Assembly: GCF_006345805.1 (NCBI RefSeq)
Contig: NC_043017.1
Location: 8,370,001-8,434,000, forward strand
Length of the DNA: 64,000 bases
Direction of reading: 5' to 3'
Source of the DNA: Octopus sinensis
Taxonomy: Eukaryota
In this document: positions 12,028 through 24,989 of the stretch, one piece after another
Position numbering within the stretch: the first letter of the stretch is position 1
Layout: each line of letters opens with the position of its first letter
Made by a program: the position numbers and the translations under genes
Notes under the pieces: model-generated
Databases searched by the model: none
Told to the model about the DNA's origin: nothing
What the model saw: only the letters and a program-made list of their open reading frames with translations

Positions 12028-12548
12028 TTGAGTGAGAGAGCAGTGCATACCATGAAAGTGACACTGCGGTAAAATATACGAAGCCCAATATACCCATCAT
12101 GACTATCCGGCACATGCATCACAACTATATGTGTGCGACATGGTGATCTCATATCAAGATGAACAGCGCTTGACCTTGCAGGTGGGATTTTCTTCAGGTC
12201 GAGTAGCCCATCCCACTCAAAAGGTCCCTGAATAAGGGTTGTTTAAGGATGTTGAACGAAACACCCATGTTTCCAGAGGTGAATTATTCAAACCCCACAG
12301 AATTCCTCTCAACACATGGCTATGATGCTCCCCCACTACTTCTGCTCATAATCAGAGATGCACATATCGTCAGCCACGAAAGGACATGCTCAACTGGTTA
12401 CGGTCAAACAATTGATAAGCAAATCTGTGGCGTTGAGCAGAATATTTACTGTAGCCTGTCTTTTATACCAGGACAAAACAATGATAACACTTCCAATCAG
12501 TTAAGATTCAGAAGCCACGAGAACCACTGCCTGGTGCTGTATCAGGGT
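12028..12548 (-). mobile_element. Unclassified interspersed repeat of about 520 bp with an (AAT)n-type tail
   Basis: Non-coding complex sequence bounded by TAT/TAG and TTTA repeats, nested between RLE-LINE pieces; recognised by context only. Confidence 0.45.
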
Positions 12549-12579
12549 ATTTATTTATTTATTTATTTATTATTATTAT

Positions 12580-12766
12580 TCTATGTTTGACTTTTGCTTT
12601 ACATTTGTACAAGTTGGCTCCAAGTCTCACCCAAAGACCTCAAGAGACAACAAGTTGGAAGTTCATGTTGGTGTTATGCATAGGGTGCCATATATTTGGT
12701 TTTGTACTTAGTGTTGTACTAGTGAATGTCTAAAAAACCATACGCAAATTATGTTTGTTTTAAAAC

Positions 12767-12770
<4 letters not shown>
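12580..12770 (-). mobile_element. (AAT)n-tailed repeat, probable RLE-LINE 3'UTR; second copy at 36602-36735 (+)
   Basis: GTACAAAACCAAATATATGGCACCCTA.GCATAACACCA.CATGAACTTCCAACTTG...GCAAAAGTCAAAC is shared by both copies and ends in AAT repeats. Confidence 0.6.
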
Positions 12771-12822
<52 letters not shown>

Positions 12823-12831
12823 GTTATTATT

Positions 12832-13043
12832 AAGACAGTGAGCTGGCAGAATTGTTAGTACGCTGGGCAAAATACTTACCAGCATTTTGCCCATCGCTAC
12901 ATTCAGAGTTCAAATTCCACCAAGGTCAACTTTGCCTTTTATCTTTCAGCATCAGTTGAGTACTAGGGTCAATGCAACCGACTTAGCTCCTCTCACCAAA
13001 ATTACTGGCTGGGTGCCAAAATTTGAAATCATCATCATCATCA

Positions 13044-13080
<37 letters not shown>

Positions 13081-13300
13081 GGTGGTGTGCTGGCAGAATC
13101 ATTATCACATCAGGTTAAGTGCTTAGCAGCATTTCATTTGTCTGCACATTCTGAGTTCAAATTCTGCTGAGGTTGACTTTACCTTTTATCCTTTTGGGAT
13201 CAACAGATTAAGTACCAGTGAAACACTGGGGTTAATGTATTCAACTAGGCTCCTCCCCCAAAATTCCAGGCCTTGTGCTTTTAGTAGAAAGTATTATTAT
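12832..13300 (+). mobile_element. Two SINE-B copies in (ATT)n
   Basis: GAGCTGGCAGAAT..TTAG head, GAGTTCAAATT B box, ATT flanks. Confidence 0.85.
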
Positions 13301-13689
13301 TATTATTTCCTTGCCATTATTAACTCCTGCAACTACTACTCTCACCTTTGACATCACCACCACTATCAACACCACCACCACCACTGCGATCATTACTATT
13401 TGCTCCTTTTCACCCCACCAACACCATCACACCATCATTTGCACTTCCCAGCCTCATCTATATTCTACCCCCACCAAACCACCCCCACCACCACTACTTT
13501 GTGAATTATTAAGTTTCTCATGGTGCTAATGAGACAGAAAGCCTTATATAAATCTATATTCTATATTCACCATTACTCTGTGTGTGTGTACGTGTGTCCT
13601 AACATCGGTGGGTGCCAACACAAGGGTTAGAAACTGAAGTGTTCCAAACATCAACTTGGCAATGGGTTTCATGGCAGACTGCTTTACAT

Positions 13690-14300
13690 CGTCCACCTCC
13701 TCCTCCTCCTCGTCATCATCATCATCATTATCATCGTCATCATTATCATCATCATCATCATCGTCATCATTATCATCATCGTCATCATTATCATCATCGT
13801 CATCATTATCATCATCATCATTGTCATCATTATCATCATCATCATCATCGTTATCATTATCCTCCTCATCATCATCATCGTTATCCTCATCATCATTATC
13901 GTTATCATCATCATCATCATTATCGTCATCATCATCATCTTCGTCATTACCACCACCACCACCACCACACCTACCACCTCCGTTCCGTCTCCTTTTTGTT
14001 TTAACCACCTTCAACATCCATCTGTCAGCTTTCTTACATCTTCCTTCCTACCTAACTCTGCCATTTCCTTACTCTCTATTTCTCTCCTCCTCCCTTTCTC
14101 TCCCTCTTTTTCCCTTTGCCTGTCTCCCCCACCCCCCTCTCTATGCCTATCTATTTCTTCCACCACTACTTCTCTTCCCCTCCTTTGCTGTCCACATTCT
14201 CTCTCCTACTTCTTTTGCTCCATTTACTTTCTCACTACTCTCCCTATCTCCCTCCCTATTCCTCTCCATCCACTCTCCTAAGCTCTCCTTCCTCTCTCAT
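13690..14300. repeat. (ATC/GTC)n trinucleotide array followed by a pyrimidine-rich tract
   Basis: Directly visible; explains the poly-D/S/H/M ORFs. Confidence 0.95.
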
Positions 14301-14559
14301 TTGCTCCGTTTTATGATCAGATCAGCAATTAACATCCCCATCACCACCACCACCTCCCACAGCCCCACACTTATGATTCTTCAATTAAGAATTGAATTTC
14401 AATTCCCTTAGCATATTTCTTATGTATGTCACTCGGTTCATCACCCTTCCCCCTCCACCTAAATTACCTATATCCATGCAGATGTGGCTGTGTGGTTAAG
14501 AAGCTTGCTTCTCAACCACATGGTCTTAGGTTCAATCCTACTATGTGCCACTTGTGCTT

Positions 14560-15235
14560 TTTACTTAAATAGGAAGAATGCATGGGAGAAGGAGACTCTT
14601 CCTAGTATGGACCCAGTTGAGGGACCAGCCATCAGGGTTGGTAGATAACTAAGGATATGAAGACAGGGAAAGCTCCTGGACCATCAGGCATCACTGCTGA
14701 GATGCTGAAGATATCTGACAGAGTAGGGTAAGGCCTAGTCACCTGTTTAGTCAATCAGGTGGTACAGGAAGGTACCATACCTAATGACAGGTGTAGCAAC
14801 ATTACAGTCTGCTTCTACAAGGGTAAAGGAGATGCCTTAGATCAGGGGTTGGGGAACTTTTTTAACCTATTACCCCCAAATATATTTATTTATGCCAACG
14901 TTACCCTCTTAATTTGGAAGGAAGAAAAATTATAGATTCTTTGAATTTAAAAGGTTTATTAAATCTATTTTACTGAATCTATTTATATGAATCTATGTAC
15001 ATATCCATTACATTGGACAGATGCAGTGTTGCCAGAAGAAAAATTTCTGTTGTAACAAGGAACACATTTTTAATATAATTTTACTTACGTCTTATGCGTC
15101 CTTATTACCCACAAGAATTTCATTTTTACCCCACTTGGGATAATTTACCTCACTTCACCAACATCTGCCTTAGTTGGAAACAATTATAGGTATCAAGTTG
15201 TTAGACCAGATAATTAAAGTTAGAGAGAGAGAGAG
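14560..15235 (+). mobile_element. RTE-clade LINE reverse transcriptase fragment, interrupted by a hAT MITE
   Basis: KDMKTGKAPGPSGITAEMLKISDRVG*GLVTCLVNQVVQEGTIPND...FYKGKGDALD, resuming after the insertion as GNNYR/IKLLDQIIKV. Confidence 0.85.
14843..15167. mobile_element. hAT-type MITE (325 bp)
   Basis: Imperfect TIR CAGGGGTTGGGGAAC versus reverse complement CAGATGTTGGTGAAG; 8-bp TSD CCTTAGAT (14835-14842) / CCTTAGTT (15168-15175). Confidence 0.8.
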
Positions 15236-15529
15236 AGTTATAACTCTCTCTCTGTAACTTTCTAGATACTTCTCCAGCAGCAGTCTCACCAGGAAGATGA
15301 CATTTGCAGTACTCCCCCCTAGCACAAAACCAAACTATATCTCACCTAGTCTAATTCTATCCCTAATCCTTGAGGTTATTGAGGCTATAGTTAATGACAC
15401 TTGTCCAAGGTGCCATGTAATGGGACTGAACTAGGAACCATGTGGTTGAAAGCAAACTTTTAACCACACAGCTTTGCTTGTGCCTATATATATATATATA
15501 TATATATATATCGAAATCATATTCGATGA

Positions 15530-15995
15530 CTGGCATCCATGCTAGTGGAGCTGTAAGAGCACCATCTGAGCTTGATCGTTGCTAGAGAGGCTAACTGGCT
15601 TCCATGCCGGTGGCACGTAAAAAGCACCATTCGAGCGTGATCTTTACCAGCGTCACCTTACTGGCACTTGTGCTGGTGGCATGTAAAAAAGACATTCGAG
15701 CGAGGTCATTGCCAGTGTCGCTGGACTGGCTCCTGTGCAGGTGGCACGTAAAAAAACACCATTTGTGCGTGGCCGTTGCTAGTACCGCCTGACTGGCCCT
15801 CGTGCCGGTGGCACGTAAAAGCACCCACTACACTCTCGGAGTGGTTGGCGTTAGGAAGGGCATCCAGCTGTAGAAACTCTGCCAGATCAAGATTGGAGCC
15901 TGGTGCAGCCATCTGGTTTGCCAGTCCTCAGTCAAATCGTCCAACCCATGCTAGCATGGAAAGTGGACATTAAATGATGATGATGACGATGATGA
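15530..15995 (+). mobile_element. Family F with an internal tandem GGCACGTAAAAAGCACC subrepeat
   Basis: Internal units of about 65-70 bp, then TGGTTGGCGTTAGGAAGGGCATCCAGCTGTAGAAAC...CCAACCCATGCTAGCATGG-(GAT)n; inverse copy at 23345-23880. Confidence 0.85.
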
Positions 15996-16424
15996 TGATG
16001 ATCACACACACACACGTGCGCACACACACACACACACAAGTGTGTATATACTTGGTGTAACATACTCTTAGTTTCAAACAACCTTTTAATTTATAAAACT
16101 AAACCCATTTTTTTACATCCCTCCCCACCCTCACCCTCTCCCTCTCCCTCTCCTTCATTTAAATTGTACATATTTATATTTATTTTTTTATATTTATTTT
16201 TAGACAAACGTAAAGGAGAAAAAAAATGTAAAAACAATAAATTTAAAATTAAAAAAGTAAAAATAAACTCGAAAATAATAAATAAAAAAAGAAGCTAAAA
16301 ATCAATGAAAATTAAATGAAATGTCTGTATGGTTGAATTATCAAAATGTTATTCTCAGCTGGCATTTATCTAATTCTCTTGAAGTGGATGAGATGAGTCT
16401 TTTAGAACCATTGCCAACACTACT

Positions 16425-17440
16425 ACTACTACTACTACCACCACCACCACCACCACCACCACCACCACCACCACCCACCACTACTACTACTACCACTACT
16501 ACTACCACCACCACCACCACCACTACTACTACTACTACTGTTGCTGCTGATTCTATTACTGTTTGCTGTTGTTGCTGCTGCTGTTGCTGCAGCTGCTGTG
16601 ACTACTGCCAACACCACCAGTCACCACCACCATCACCATCACTATTGCCATTAAAACTGCCCCTCCCCCCTTCATCATCACCGTCACCATCAATTATTAT
16701 TAAAATTGCCATCATCATCATCGTCTCTGCTACCAACTCCACTGCCGCTGCACCATCACCACCACCACCACCACTGGGATTAAAACTGCCAGTAGAGTCC
16801 CTGCCATCACTATTAATATTATTACTATTATTAAAATCAACATTGTCATCATCATCAACACCATCATCACTAGCATTGCTATTGTTGTTGTTGCCACAAA
16901 TACGACCACCATTGCTACCTCCCCCATCATTGTCATCACCACCACCACCACCACAAGAAGTTATAAATAATACAAATTATTATTATTATTATTATTATTA
17001 TTATAATTATTAGTGTTTGCCATCCCCATCACTGGCCCCCACTAAGTCTCTTTTTGGCCACCACAATCATGATGAAGGTCCCTTAAGCATCACCATTACT
17101 ACTACTACTACTATTATGACCAGCAACTCCATCACCATCGCCCACCCTACTACCACCGTGACTAACAACTCCTAACATCTAACCACCCATGGTTGCAAAC
17201 CCTCAGTACTACCTCCACCACCACCACCACCACCACCACCGTAACTATTGTCCCTAACACCATCATTACCACCACCACCACCACCATCACTACCACCACC
17301 ACTACCACCACCTCCACCACAACTTATACTATCATCCAACACTATTACCACCACCACCACCACCGCCACCACTATGATTATGCCTCCCCTCCATAACTGT
17401 GACTGCTAAACCATGACAAACACCACTCCCATCATCACTG
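16425..17440. repeat. (ACC/ACT/ATC)n degenerate trinucleotide array
   Basis: Directly visible, with frame-breaking indels. Confidence 0.9.
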
Positions 17441-17784
17441 GAACCATTACCAAATAAATACATTTTGTGCGAATGTATAGGGAGAAGGAAGTGAAGGGGT
17501 CACAAGTAGGCAAGTGTCCACACCCCAGGAATAGTGCATGTACACACACACACACATATACACACAACCACAGACACACTTAAGCACACAAACATATATA
17601 CAAGCGTGTACATGTATATAAAGAGTTAGGCTTATACATATGCATGCAGATATACATATATACACAACCATATCTTCATATACTCATGCATAAATATATA
17701 TACACACACACACACATATAAACAAACATATATTAAGACAGCTATGGCCCTCCATACACACGCACACACAAGCACATATATACA

Positions 17785-18157
17785 CTTATAGACGGCCATA
17801 GGTAAAGGGTAAAGACCCTTTTTGGTCATGGTCATGAATGACCATGGGATTGCACCTAAAAAGTTCCCCTCCGAGGTACAAGTCCGGGCAAGATTGTTTA
17901 TGGAAGACCAACAGTTGCCTATGCATACCAGCCTCTCTTCTCCATGCCACTGATGTTATCCAAGGGACAGGCAAAGGGGCCAATACAGGCTTGGCACCAG
18001 TGATGTCACAACTCATTTCTACAACTGAGTGGAACTGAAGCAACGTGAAATAAAGGGTCTTGTTCAAGAATACAACACAAAGCCTGGTCTGGGAATCGAA
18101 CTCACAACCTCATGATTGTGAGCCTGATGCTCTAACCAGTGAGCCATGTTCCTTCAC
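17785..18157 (-). mobile_element. tRNA-derived CORE-like SINE (family D, alternative 3' part); second copy at 39893-40220
   Basis: The minus strand gives a tRNA head (GGCTCA.TGGTTAGAGC...GAGTTCGATTCC) plus TTCTTGA.CAAGAC.CTTTATTTCACGTTGCT.CAGTT central domain resembling the CORE domain. Confidence 0.75.
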
Positions 18158-18714
18158 TACACACAACCATGTGCATGTAATATGAATATATACAACCATA
18201 CTTGCACAGCCATCCTCAATTCATACACTTATACATACACTACCATACGTATGCACCAACGTAAACATATGAACAGACAACTAAACATTTAAATTGAAAT
18301 TTACATACACCCATGCTAATAAATGCATATACACATAACCACACATACACACACATATCCAAGTATAAACATATATAAACAGTCATACATTTGAATGCCT
18401 AGCCCGTACACACACACACACGTATACACATATATAAACAATCATACATTTGGACACCTAACCTGTATACACAGACACACATGACATACATCTGCACACA
18501 CACACATACACACACAATCATGCACACACACACACACACACTACTAAGTGCACACACTCATAATGATTTGTGCACATACATATAACCATACTCATACAAC
18601 TATGCATGCACATATACACATACTCAACCATATACATGCATATGCATTAGTGTACTACACACATATATACACATGTAAATGAAATAATAATAATAATAAT
18701 AATAATAATATTAC

Positions 18715-18990
18715 ATCTTGGTAAAAAGCCAGCAATTTTGATTGAGGGTTAAGTTGATTATATTGACCCCAGTGTTCAGCGGGTACTTATTTTATTGACC
18801 CCAAAAGGATGATAGGCAAAGTCAACCTCAGTGGAATTTGAACTCAGAATGTAAAGATAGGAGAAATGCTTAACAACATTTTGGTCTGCATACTAACAAT
18901 TCTGCCAGCTCGCTGCCTTCAGCAGCGTTTGAACTTAGAATGTAAAGATGAGCAAAATACCGCTGAACATTTTTCCCAGCGTGCTAACAG
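18715..18990 (-). mobile_element. SINE-B copy plus a partial head
   Basis: Reverse complement of the B consensus, abutting (AAT)n. Confidence 0.8.
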
Positions 18991-19664
18991 AATATCGTTT
19001 TAGCAAATGTATAGTGATTTCTTTTGTGCCGTAAACCATTTACCATTTCTGTCTCCCCACCTCTCTTGATGCCCTAAGTATATGCTCATTTCGTTTAATG
19101 GTTAATCCAGCACTGAGTACTAGTTAGGGTGGCAGTGGAAGGGTCAATTTAAATGACTTATACACCCTTATAAAAAAAAAACAATTTTCATGGGGGTAGT
19201 GGTGCTCCAGTATGGCCTCAGGTCAATTACTGAAACGAATAAATGAAACATTTGGAATCATTTACAGATTGAAGCTCAGTTGCAATGAAGCTATCCAGGG
19301 TTACCTCCCTTACAATCCTTGTCGGAAATCATAAAAAAATATAACAAAATGAAATACGTTTTCTCTAATTCTAATTTAAAGTCTTTATTTTTCATGAGAA
19401 TTTTTTCTTTTACTGGTTTCAGTCATTGGATCACGTCCATGCTGGAGCACTGCCTTGACAGCCTTATGCATTTCTTTTAATGAACCTTTGAACATATTGA
19501 TTATTCTCTCTACCTTATTTTAACGATTCCCATTTATTGAACTGTTAAGTTACAGATTTGATATAAAGGGACGTAACTCAACACAGAGATTTATACATGT
19601 TAGCATGAGTACCCCACCCCCAAAAAGAACATGGTCGCATATGCTAATTATACTAGTATATATC

Positions 19665-19709
<45 letters not shown>

Positions 19710-19727
19710 CTATATATATATTACTCT

Positions 19728-19945
19728 TTTACTTGTTTCAGTTATTTGACTGTGGCCATGCTGGAGCACCTCCTTGAAGGGTTTTAGTTGAACAAATCAA
19801 CCCCAGGTTTTATTTTATTGCTAAAGCCTAATACTTATTCTGTTGGTCTCTCTTGCTGAACCACTAAGTTATGGACAGTAAACACATCAACACCAGTTGT
19901 CAAGAGGTGATGTGGGGTTCAAACACAGATACAAAGACACACACA
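19728..19945 (-). mobile_element. SINE-C 3' portion
   Basis: Matches the reverse complement of 56040-56244. Confidence 0.8.
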
Positions 19946-21816
19946 CGCTTTAGTTAATTACACTTCAAAACATTTGTTTCATCAGACCAATGGACCGACC
20001 TCAAAGTCCTCTCAGTTTGTATCACCTGGGTCGATCAGTTGTCCTGGGTGTCGCAGGAGGGTTAAACATTGAATGGCTGTGAGGGTTCACCAGAATAAAA
20101 TAAGAATCAAAGGGGTCCATGGGTCAAAAATGGTCAAGAATCACTGCTGTAGAGGCTGTCCCAGTTGGGAAAGAGAGAGAAGACAATGGTAAAGATTTAT
20201 CAATGTGTACCTCCAAGTTGCAGGGAGAGGAATATCAGTGAAATGGTACAGAGGATTGGACAGGGTGAGTGGGTAGATACGTTCACGAGAGTGTATGCGC
20301 ATGCACATGTGCACACACACACACACACACACAAGACAGATTTCCAGTTTCCTTTCAGCCAACTTGGTAGAGATCTTGTCCACAAATGACCAAAAAAATC
20401 AGCTGCAGTTTAGGAGGTGGATAAACTTAGGACTGCATGATGTTTGGAGACCTCTTTTGTGGCTTTGATGAGGATTTTGCAGGAGTTGCAGTGCTGGACA
20501 AGAGCCAACCCAGTCTGTAGGTGTGGGCAGTTTTCTCCAAAGATTATAGACCATATTTTTTGCTTGAACTGTTGCAGTGCAGTTATGAATAAACCAACTG
20601 GAGTCAGGGCTCAGAGTTGTGACGTATGGTTGCATGTGCTCTGTGGAGGGATATGTCTAAGAAGTTTGCTTCCCAACCACATGGTTCTGTGTGGCACATT
20701 GGGTAAGTGTCATCAAAATCCTGGGTTGACAAAAGCCTTGTGAGGTGGGTTAGCAAAGGTGGCAGTGATTAGGCCATCTCTGCTGAATCACCTACAGGAG
20801 GATGTTATGGTTCAGGATCGAAACACCTGATGAACGTTGCCTACCATTTGATGACCTCAGTTCTTCCTGGCCAAGGCTCCATTCACAAAAGTGAATGGAA
20901 AAAGCACTTACAGGTATTATTGACATTTGTATATTGGGGCAATCTCCTCTACACCAGATCTTTTTCTTTTTTTAAGCAAACACCTGTTTCAAGTATTGGC
21001 AACAACAACAACAACATTAATGGGGGAAAAAAGGATGAGGGAAAAGGAGAGGGATGATGAAGAAGAAGAAGAAGAAGAAGAAACAAAGAAGAAAAAGAAG
21101 AAACAAAGAAAAAAAAGAAGAAACAAAGAAAAAAGAAGGAGAAGAAACAAAGAAAGAAGAAGAGGAAATGAAAAAAACAAAAAAAAAGAAGAAAAAAGAA
21201 AGAGAGAAAGAGAGAGAGAGTTAGTGTCAGCAGAGTTGATACATGTATAGATTCCATAGAATCTGAGCCTGAATGACAGCAACAACAACAGCAACAGCAT
21301 CTAAGTGCTCAGGTGTATATGTACACTGTCTTCATGAATAGTCTGTTAACCTATTATTTTTGCTAACTTTAACTCTAACAGTGAAATTACTGATTTTTAA
21401 AACAACATCTTTACTGATGTTCTTTAGTTGTATAGATTTTATAGGAAGAAAAACAGTTTTCTTTTTTATATTTCTAGGGGTTTTTTTTGTCAAAAAAATT
21501 TTGAAGATTTTTTATATTTTTTGCTATTTTCCTTCTTTTTCTATTGGAATATAGTATATTGCCATATTTCTCTATGTGAGGAATTGCACTTAAAGTATTT
21601 GGTTTCATTTTTGTAAAAGTCAGTAGTTAGTGTCCAAGAATGTATTGCTGTTACAGCAGTTCTACCATTGCACCTTCACAGAAATTGGTAAGGTGACACT
21701 GGTTAAGTAAATCACTTGTATAGCTGTGTGTGTGTGCGTGTGTGTCTATGTGTAGATGACTGAGAGTATGTACTCAGATTTAGGTCTGTGTGTGTGTATG
21801 TCTGTGTATAATATAA

Positions 21817-21847
<31 letters not shown>

Positions 21848-23344
21848 AAGAGAGGGATAGATAGATAGATGCTTTTGTATTTACAAATGTGAAAAAGTAC
21901 TCAATATATATATATTGTAAAGTTCATACTTTAAAATGCACACACACAAGTGAACATACATACACACACACAGACACTTTGCTTAATGCATTTCATCTGA
22001 AGGGGAAAACTAGAAAGAGGGGTATTAGTATTGATTTATACAGATACATAGAAATGTAAGAGAATGTGTACAGTTATAAAATAAAAAGAGTGTGCAATCT
22101 TTAATCAGTTGCTGGTTTGATATTCTAGTTTTTAGAAGATACTTGTCAAAGTGGCAACATTCATCAAAGATTTCTGATCTTGCATTCATAAAATTTACAG
22201 AGTTATTTAGGTTTCTGAATTTGAGACTTTTCTCAGCTATACATAACTTACATCTTTATGCACATTTCTATATAGTCTTTGAGGATTTTCCACTAAATAG
22301 TGAAATTAGTTACACATTTTTCCATATTTTAAGTGTAGTTGGATAATTAAGTGCAGTTTTTTCCTTCCTTTCTGTAAGTCTGAAAGAAGTACTATAGAGT
22401 CACAATAATGCTTTGATCATACTTCAGTGATGGCTTCACTCTGCTGTATGGGTGGGTTGCCTTTATTTGTTTGGTGTATTGAATTTTTAACCAGTTATAT
22501 AACATATTGAATTATGTTTTTATGTTTTTGTGTCATTCAATGTGACTAAAGTTAAAATCGTATGGTTGGGAAGTGAATTTCTTAAACACCCAGTCATATC
22601 TGTGCTTATATATATATACATATATATATATATGTAGATCTATCTATCTATCTATCTGTCTGTTTGTTTCAAGTCAATATATCTCTATCAATCTATTCCT
22701 TCCTCCCTCACCACATCATATTTTGTTGCTGTTTATGTATAACATATTTCATATTGTATATATGAGCCCTTGTGCCCAATAACAAAAGGATTATTATTAT
22801 TATGTTATTATTATACTTCTCAGAACTTCCCCCATTTCGCCCCCCACAAAATGGATTATACCATGATTGTTTATGGGGAATGAAAAAGAAAAGAATCCTC
22901 CCCCACTATTTCCAGTTTCAGAATATTAACAAAAGCATTTGAATTAAAATTTCATCCCATTTCCCTGGGGTGAAAAAATATACGTTTGACTTGATATCAT
23001 ATTATTTGACTGCCTACGATGCCATTTGCAGTGTTTGCTTGCATTACAAGATGGCTGCTTCATGAGTAACGGGAAGAGGTGCTTTCATAATGGTGGTGCT
23101 GCAGTAGCCTCCGTAACATAAACAAACATGTCCTTTCCTCAAATTATTTGCAAACATAAAACGTTTTGAAAAAGGACGTTGGAGGGAGAGAGAAAACAAA
23201 AACCCAGAGAACAGATAATGCAAAAATTGAACAAACACATAGAGCTTCAAGAACAATCATTTGTAGTTGCTTAATGGAAAACACACACACACACACACAC
23301 ACTCACACACACTGGAAAAAGACATTGTGTTAAATATATTCACT

Positions 23345-23880
23345 TCATCATCATCATCATCATCATCATTTAATGTCTGCTTTCCATGCTAGCATGGGTT
23401 GGACGATTTGACTGAGGGCTGGCAAACCAGATGGCTGCACCAGGCTCCAATCTTGATCTGGCAGAGTTTCTACAGCTGGATGCCCTTCCTAATGTCAACC
23501 ACTCCGAGAGTGTAGTGGGTGCTTTTACGTGCCCCCAGCACAGGGGCCAGTCAGACGGTACTGGCAACGACCTCGCTCGAATGTTTTTACACATGCCACC
23601 AGTACAGGTGCCAGTAAGGCGACGCTGATAATGATCACGCTCGAATGGTGCCTTTTACATGCCACCTGCATGGAAGCCAGTTAGCCGCTCTGGCAACAAT
23701 CACGCTCGGATGGTGCTCTTAGCACCCTACTAGCACAAGGCACAAGTACCAGTAAGGTGACGCTGGTAATGATCACACTCGAATGGTGCCTTTTATGTGT
23801 CACTGGCATGGAAGCCGGTTAGCTGCTCTATCAACGATCACACTTGTATGGTGCTCTTTGCACCCCGCTAGCACGGATGG
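23345..23880 (-). mobile_element. Family F with an expanded internal tandem subrepeat
   Basis: (CAT)n-TTTAATGTC.GCTTTCCATGCTAGCATGGGTTGGA...GATGCCCTTCC and repeated CTCGAATGGTGC.TTTTA units. Confidence 0.85.
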
Positions 23881-24058
23881 TAAAATATACCCAGTATAAG
23901 TGGTATGAATGACAACATTTCAGTGTTTGCAAGCTTTGTGGATCAGGTGGAGCTGTTTGTTTTGAGCTGGCTCCACCAGCAAAGGGGAAAAAGTGTCGCA
24001 AGCGAAGCTCTTTGGCAGTTAATGAGTTCAGCCTTATAACTCTTATAAATGTCCTGTG

Positions 24059-24103
<45 letters not shown>

Positions 24104-24404
24104 CACCACCACCACCACCACCACCACCACCACCACCACCACCACCACCACCACCACCATCGACACCACCACCATCACCACCAAAACCACCATCACCACC
24201 ACCACCACCACTACTACTACTACTACTACATAGGTGCAGCCATGGCTGTGTGGTTGAGAAGCTTGCAGTGCAACCACATGATTTTGGGTTACTATAATAT
24301 AACTAGGTGTTATATAATATCAACAATGTTTCCCTCTATTGTTGGTCACATGATCTTTCTACCTGGTTCCTTATATTCTATGCAAGGGTTTGTTTTCAAA
24401 AACT

Positions 24405-24830
24405 AAGAGTTTAACAACATCAGATGTAGTGGTAGTGCCTTTAACAAAACTTAACAAAACTGTATAAATTTTTAACCTTTGCGTGTGTTGAGAGACAGTT
24501 CAGAATTTAGCTTTAGGTGTAATCAGCCAAAACTGTGTGACATAAAGTAACATTAATATTAACAAAGATGCATAAATTCTTGCCTCAGTATGTGTTGATA
24601 TTCAAGAATTTAGCATCAAATATAGTGAATGAAGATTGAAGTCTTTTATATAAAGCCTGTCTTAACAAAGATATATAAATTTTAATCTTTGTGTGTGTGT
24701 TGACAGTTAAGAATTTAGCATCAGATGCAGTGAACCAAAACTAGGGGCCGTAAAGTAATATTGGCCTGAACAAGGATGTATAAATTTTCCCCTTCACCTG
24801 TGTTGAGAGACAGACTTCCATATAAATTTT
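24405..24830. repeat. Degenerate tandem repeat of about 105 bp, about 4 copies
   Basis: TTAACAAA.AT.TATAAATT..GTGTTGA..AGAATTTAGC recurs at about 24451, 24559, 24661 and 24767. Confidence 0.75.
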
Positions 24831-24989
24831 AATGTGACCACTGCTTGTTCTTTATTTCATTTCTTCCCCTAAACTCTTAAAGCAAGTGAGCTATGATTTG
24901 CAAATACAATCCCCAACTATTTGAATGACCAGTGGTATATATATCGTACTTCTTTCCATATTGCAATTGGATGGATTCGCATAACTTAT

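Noticed and set aside
13544-14017. Asp-rich ORF resembling acidic biomineral proteins
   Set aside because: It is entirely an (ATC)n array that is open in several frames; no signal peptide or exon support.
16341-16617. Gly/Ser-rich minus-strand ORFs looking like a protein C-terminus
   Set aside because: Several frameshifts would be needed through a degenerate trinucleotide array.
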